Shown here piece by piece: positions 62,141-64,000 of a stretch of DNA of 64,000 nt; the first letter of the stretch is position 1, and each line of letters opens with the position of its first letter. The notes beneath the pieces are model-generated. The model did not search any database. It was not told where the DNA came from and worked only from the letters and a program-made list of their open reading frames with translations. Position numbers and translations under genes: made by a program. Source of the stretch: Paracoccaceae bacterium (GTDB taxonomy: Bacteria > Pseudomonadota > Alphaproteobacteria > Rhodobacterales > Rhodobacteraceae); the NCBI GenBank assembly GCA_041628615.1, contig JBFKOW010000001.1, positions 21,963-85,962 of the forward strand, written 5' to 3'.

Positions 62141-62896
62141 TCACAGGCCTTTTTTGCCGCGCAGCGCCTTGAGAACGATCGGCAGCGCCGCGAGCGCGCA
62201 GAGCCCGAGCAGCGGCAGCAGGATGTGGGGCTCGAAGATCACTCCGAGGTCCGGCGTCTCGCCGCTGGCGAAGACCTCGCCCAGCCCGGCCCCGACCGAG
62301 GTGTAGACCACCGCGCCGGGGATGATCCCGAGGAAGGTCGAGATCGCGAAGCGGTGCAGCGGCACCCCGAGCACCGACGGAATCAGGTTGGCGAGGAAGA
62401 ACGGCACCGCCGGCACCAGCCGGATCAGGAACAGCATCGACCACTGGTTGTCGTCGATCCCGTGCTTGATCTTCTTCACCATGCCCTCGGCGCCTTCCAG
62501 CCGGCGGCCAAGCTGTTCGCCGAAGCCCCAGCGCGCGGCGAGGAAGATCGCGATGGCCCCGAGGGTGGCACCGGTGATGTTGAACAGCGCGCCGGGGAAG
62601 GTCGCGAAGAGGAACCCGCCGGTGAGCGTCATCACCGTCGCGCCGGGCAGCGAGAAGGCGACGATGGCGGCGTAGGTCGCGACGAAGACCAGCACCGTGC
62701 CGAGGTAGTTGGCGTCGCGGAACCCGATCAGCGCCTCGCGGTTCTCGGCCAGCGCCTCGAAGCCGAGATGGTCGCGCAGGAAGACGAAGCCCAGCACCGC
62801 CGCCGCCGCGATGGCGAGGATCGGCAGGCGGCGCAGGATCGGGTGCGGGGGCCTTTCCTGCCGGGCGGGTCTGTCGGTGTCTGGCATCACGGTCAT
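62141..62896 (-). CDS. TVP38/TMEM64 (DedA/SNARE-associated) family membrane protein
   Basis: Start MTVMPDTDRP at 62896. LPGATVMTLTGGFLF and LRLVPAVPFFLANL are typical family blocks. Confidence 0.78.
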   Translation of the reverse strand: MTVMPDTDRPARQERPPHPILRRLPILAIAAAAVLGFVFLRDHLGFEALAENREALIGFRDANYLGTVLVFVATYAAIVAFSLPGATVMTLTGGFLFATFPGALFNITGATLGAIAIFLAARWGFGEQLGRRLEGAEGMVKKIKHGIDDNQWSMLFLIRLVPAVPFFLANLIPSVLGVPLHRFAISTFLGIIPGAVVYTSVGAGLGEVFASGETPDLGVIFEPHILLPLLGLCALAALPIVLKALRGKKGL

Positions 62897-63090
62897 CGGC
62901 CTCTTCCCTGCGGTATCACGCTGTGCTGGACCCATAGATGGCGGATGGCGATGCCCGGCGTTACCCCGATCACGCGCCGTTGATGGCTGGATCGCGGTTG
63001 TTTCAGCCTGGGCGGGGGCGGCCCCGGGGACTGTAACACTTGACCGCGCCGCGCCGCCGGATTTTGTTGCAGAATCCGCGCCGGGCCGCG

Positions 63091-63119
63091 TTGACAGACC
63101 GTCACGCCGCAACTATCAG
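63091..63119 (+). promoter_or_regulatory. Candidate sigma-70 promoter of rpmH-rnpA-yidD
   Basis: TTGACA (63091-96), a 17-nt spacer, then TATCAG (63114-19), about 77 nt upstream of the rpmH ATG. Confidence 0.4.
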
Positions 63120-63195
63120 GCGGGCTTCACGGAGTTTGAACCCCGGTTCGAGTCCCCTTGGGGATTCGCCGGGAGAAGGAAATCGGAGAGCCGCC

Positions 63196-63330
63196 ATGAA
63201 GCGTACCTTCCAGCCGTCCAACCGCGTTCGCAAGAACCGGCACGGATTCCGCGCCCGCATGGCGACCAAGGGCGGCCGCAAGGTCCTCAACGCCCGCCGG
63301 GCCCGCGGCCGCAAGAAGCTCAGCGCCTGA
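63196..63330 (+). CDS. rpmH: 50S ribosomal protein L34
   Basis: [44 protein letters not shown]. Confidence 0.97.
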   Translation: MKRTFQPSNRVRKNRHGFRARMATKGGRKVLNARRARGRKKLSA

Positions 63331-63350
63331 GCCGTTGCGCGGGGGCCGTC

Positions 63351-63743
63351 ATGACCCCTGACCCGAAGTCGCCGACGACCGACGCCGCGCCGGAGCGATC
63401 CGGGGCGGCGCTTGTGTTTGAACGGCTGCGGCGGCGGCCCGATTTCCTCGCCGCCGCCCGGGGTGCGCACCGCGCCACCCCTGCCTTCGTGCTGCAGGGC
63501 CGCGACCGCGGCGACGGCGGCCCGGTCCGGGTCGGCTTCACCTGTTCGCGCAAGGTCGGCCCCGCGGTGGTCCGCAACCGGGCCAAGCGGCGGCTGCGCG
63601 AGGCCGCCCGGCTGACCCTGCCGGCGGCGGCGCGGCCGGGATGGGACTATGTCCTGATCGGCCGCCGCGACCGCACCGTCGGCTACCCGTTCGACCGGCT
63701 CTGCGCCGATCTCGAATCCGCCCTGAAGGAGATCGCGGGATGA
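63351..63743 (+). CDS. rnpA: Ribonuclease P protein component
   Basis: It lies downstream of rpmH. VGFTCSRKVGPAVVRNRAKRRLREA is the RNR motif. Confidence 0.9.
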   Translation: MTPDPKSPTTDAAPERSGAALVFERLRRRPDFLAAARGAHRATPAFVLQGRDRGDGGPVRVGFTCSRKVGPAVVRNRAKRRLREAARLTLPAAARPGWDYVLIGRRDRTVGYPFDRLCADLESALKEIAG

Positions 63744-63961
63744 CCCCGGCGGCCCGCCTGCTGGCGCTGCCGGTGCGGGCCTACCGGCTGGTCTTCTCGC
63801 CCTGGGTCGGACATGGCTGCCGGTTCCAGCCGACCTGCTCGGCCTACGCGCTCGAAGCGCTGGAGCGGCACGGCGCGCTGCGCGGCGCGCTGTTGACCCT
63901 GCGCCGGCTGGGCCGCTGCCATCCCTGGGGCGGGTCCGGGATCGACAACGTCCCGGACTGA
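63740..63961 (+). CDS. yidD: Membrane protein insertion efficiency factor YidD
   Basis: ATGA overlap with rnpA. YRLVFSPWVGHGCRFQPTCSAYALEALERHG...RLGRCHPWGGSG. Confidence 0.9.
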   Translation: MTPAARLLALPVRAYRLVFSPWVGHGCRFQPTCSAYALEALERHGALRGALLTLRRLGRCHPWGGSGIDNVPD

Positions 63962-64000
63962 CCGGCCGGTCAGGCCGCCCGGCGCAGCGACAGCGCCCCG

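Noticed and set aside
62897-63195. A replication origin or DnaA-box cluster next to rpmH.
   Set aside because: I saw no TTATCCACA-like boxes or AT-rich unwinding element. In alphaproteobacteria oriC is normally not at rpmH.
1-64000. CRISPR arrays, insertion sequences, rRNA genes, and toxin-antitoxin or restriction-modification modules.
   Set aside because: I noticed no regularly spaced direct repeats. No transposase, integrase, Cas, rRNA-like or TA-sized gene pairs are present among the credible ORFs.

Overview
This is a very GC-rich chromosomal segment that looks alphaproteobacterial and Rhodobacterales-like, judged from gene content and protein sequences only. It is densely packed with about 75 protein genes and one tRNA-Arg(ACG). 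I saw no rRNA, CRISPR array, transposase, integrase or prophage.

Most of the window is core housekeeping:
- dnaX-ybaB-recR, polA and nth
- the F0 ATP synthase operon atpI-B-E-F'-F
- a long co-directional run ffh ... chorismate mutase-rpsP-rimM-trmD-rplS-rpmE
- mipZ, and rpmH-rnpA-yidD
- a GlcNAc/MurNAc catabolic locus: nagA, a SIS deaminase, a GntR regulator and a BadF-type kinase, divergent from murQ plus an ABC transporter

Many long ORFs in the six-frame track are antisense or off-frame artefacts of the GC content. Several real genes are only the distal part of a longer listed ORF, and I re-derived their starts from the sequence.

I found no self-evident defence, toxin or mobile system. 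The less ordinary pieces are:
1. A divergent three-gene glycan-modification cluster (21.5-24.9 kb): GT14-like with an unknown C-terminal domain, a family-2 sulfotransferase-like gene, and a DUF115/GT42-like gene.
2. A sulfotransferase-like P-loop gene wedged into the normally invariant rimM-trmD junction.
3. Four tandem, translationally coupled RimJ/RimL-type GNAT paralogs between ffh and rpsP.
4. A perfect CtrA-type box (TTAA-N7-TTAAC) in front of a stand-alone peptidoglycan-binding M15 peptidase.
5. An ankyrin-repeat protein paired with a dual-specificity phosphatase.
6. Phased 11-bp GGTA(T) repeats in the nag/murQ divergent promoter.
7. A FadR/PdhR-type palindrome shared with an orphan 473-aa secreted protein.

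All family assignments come from motif recognition by eye. No database search was run.
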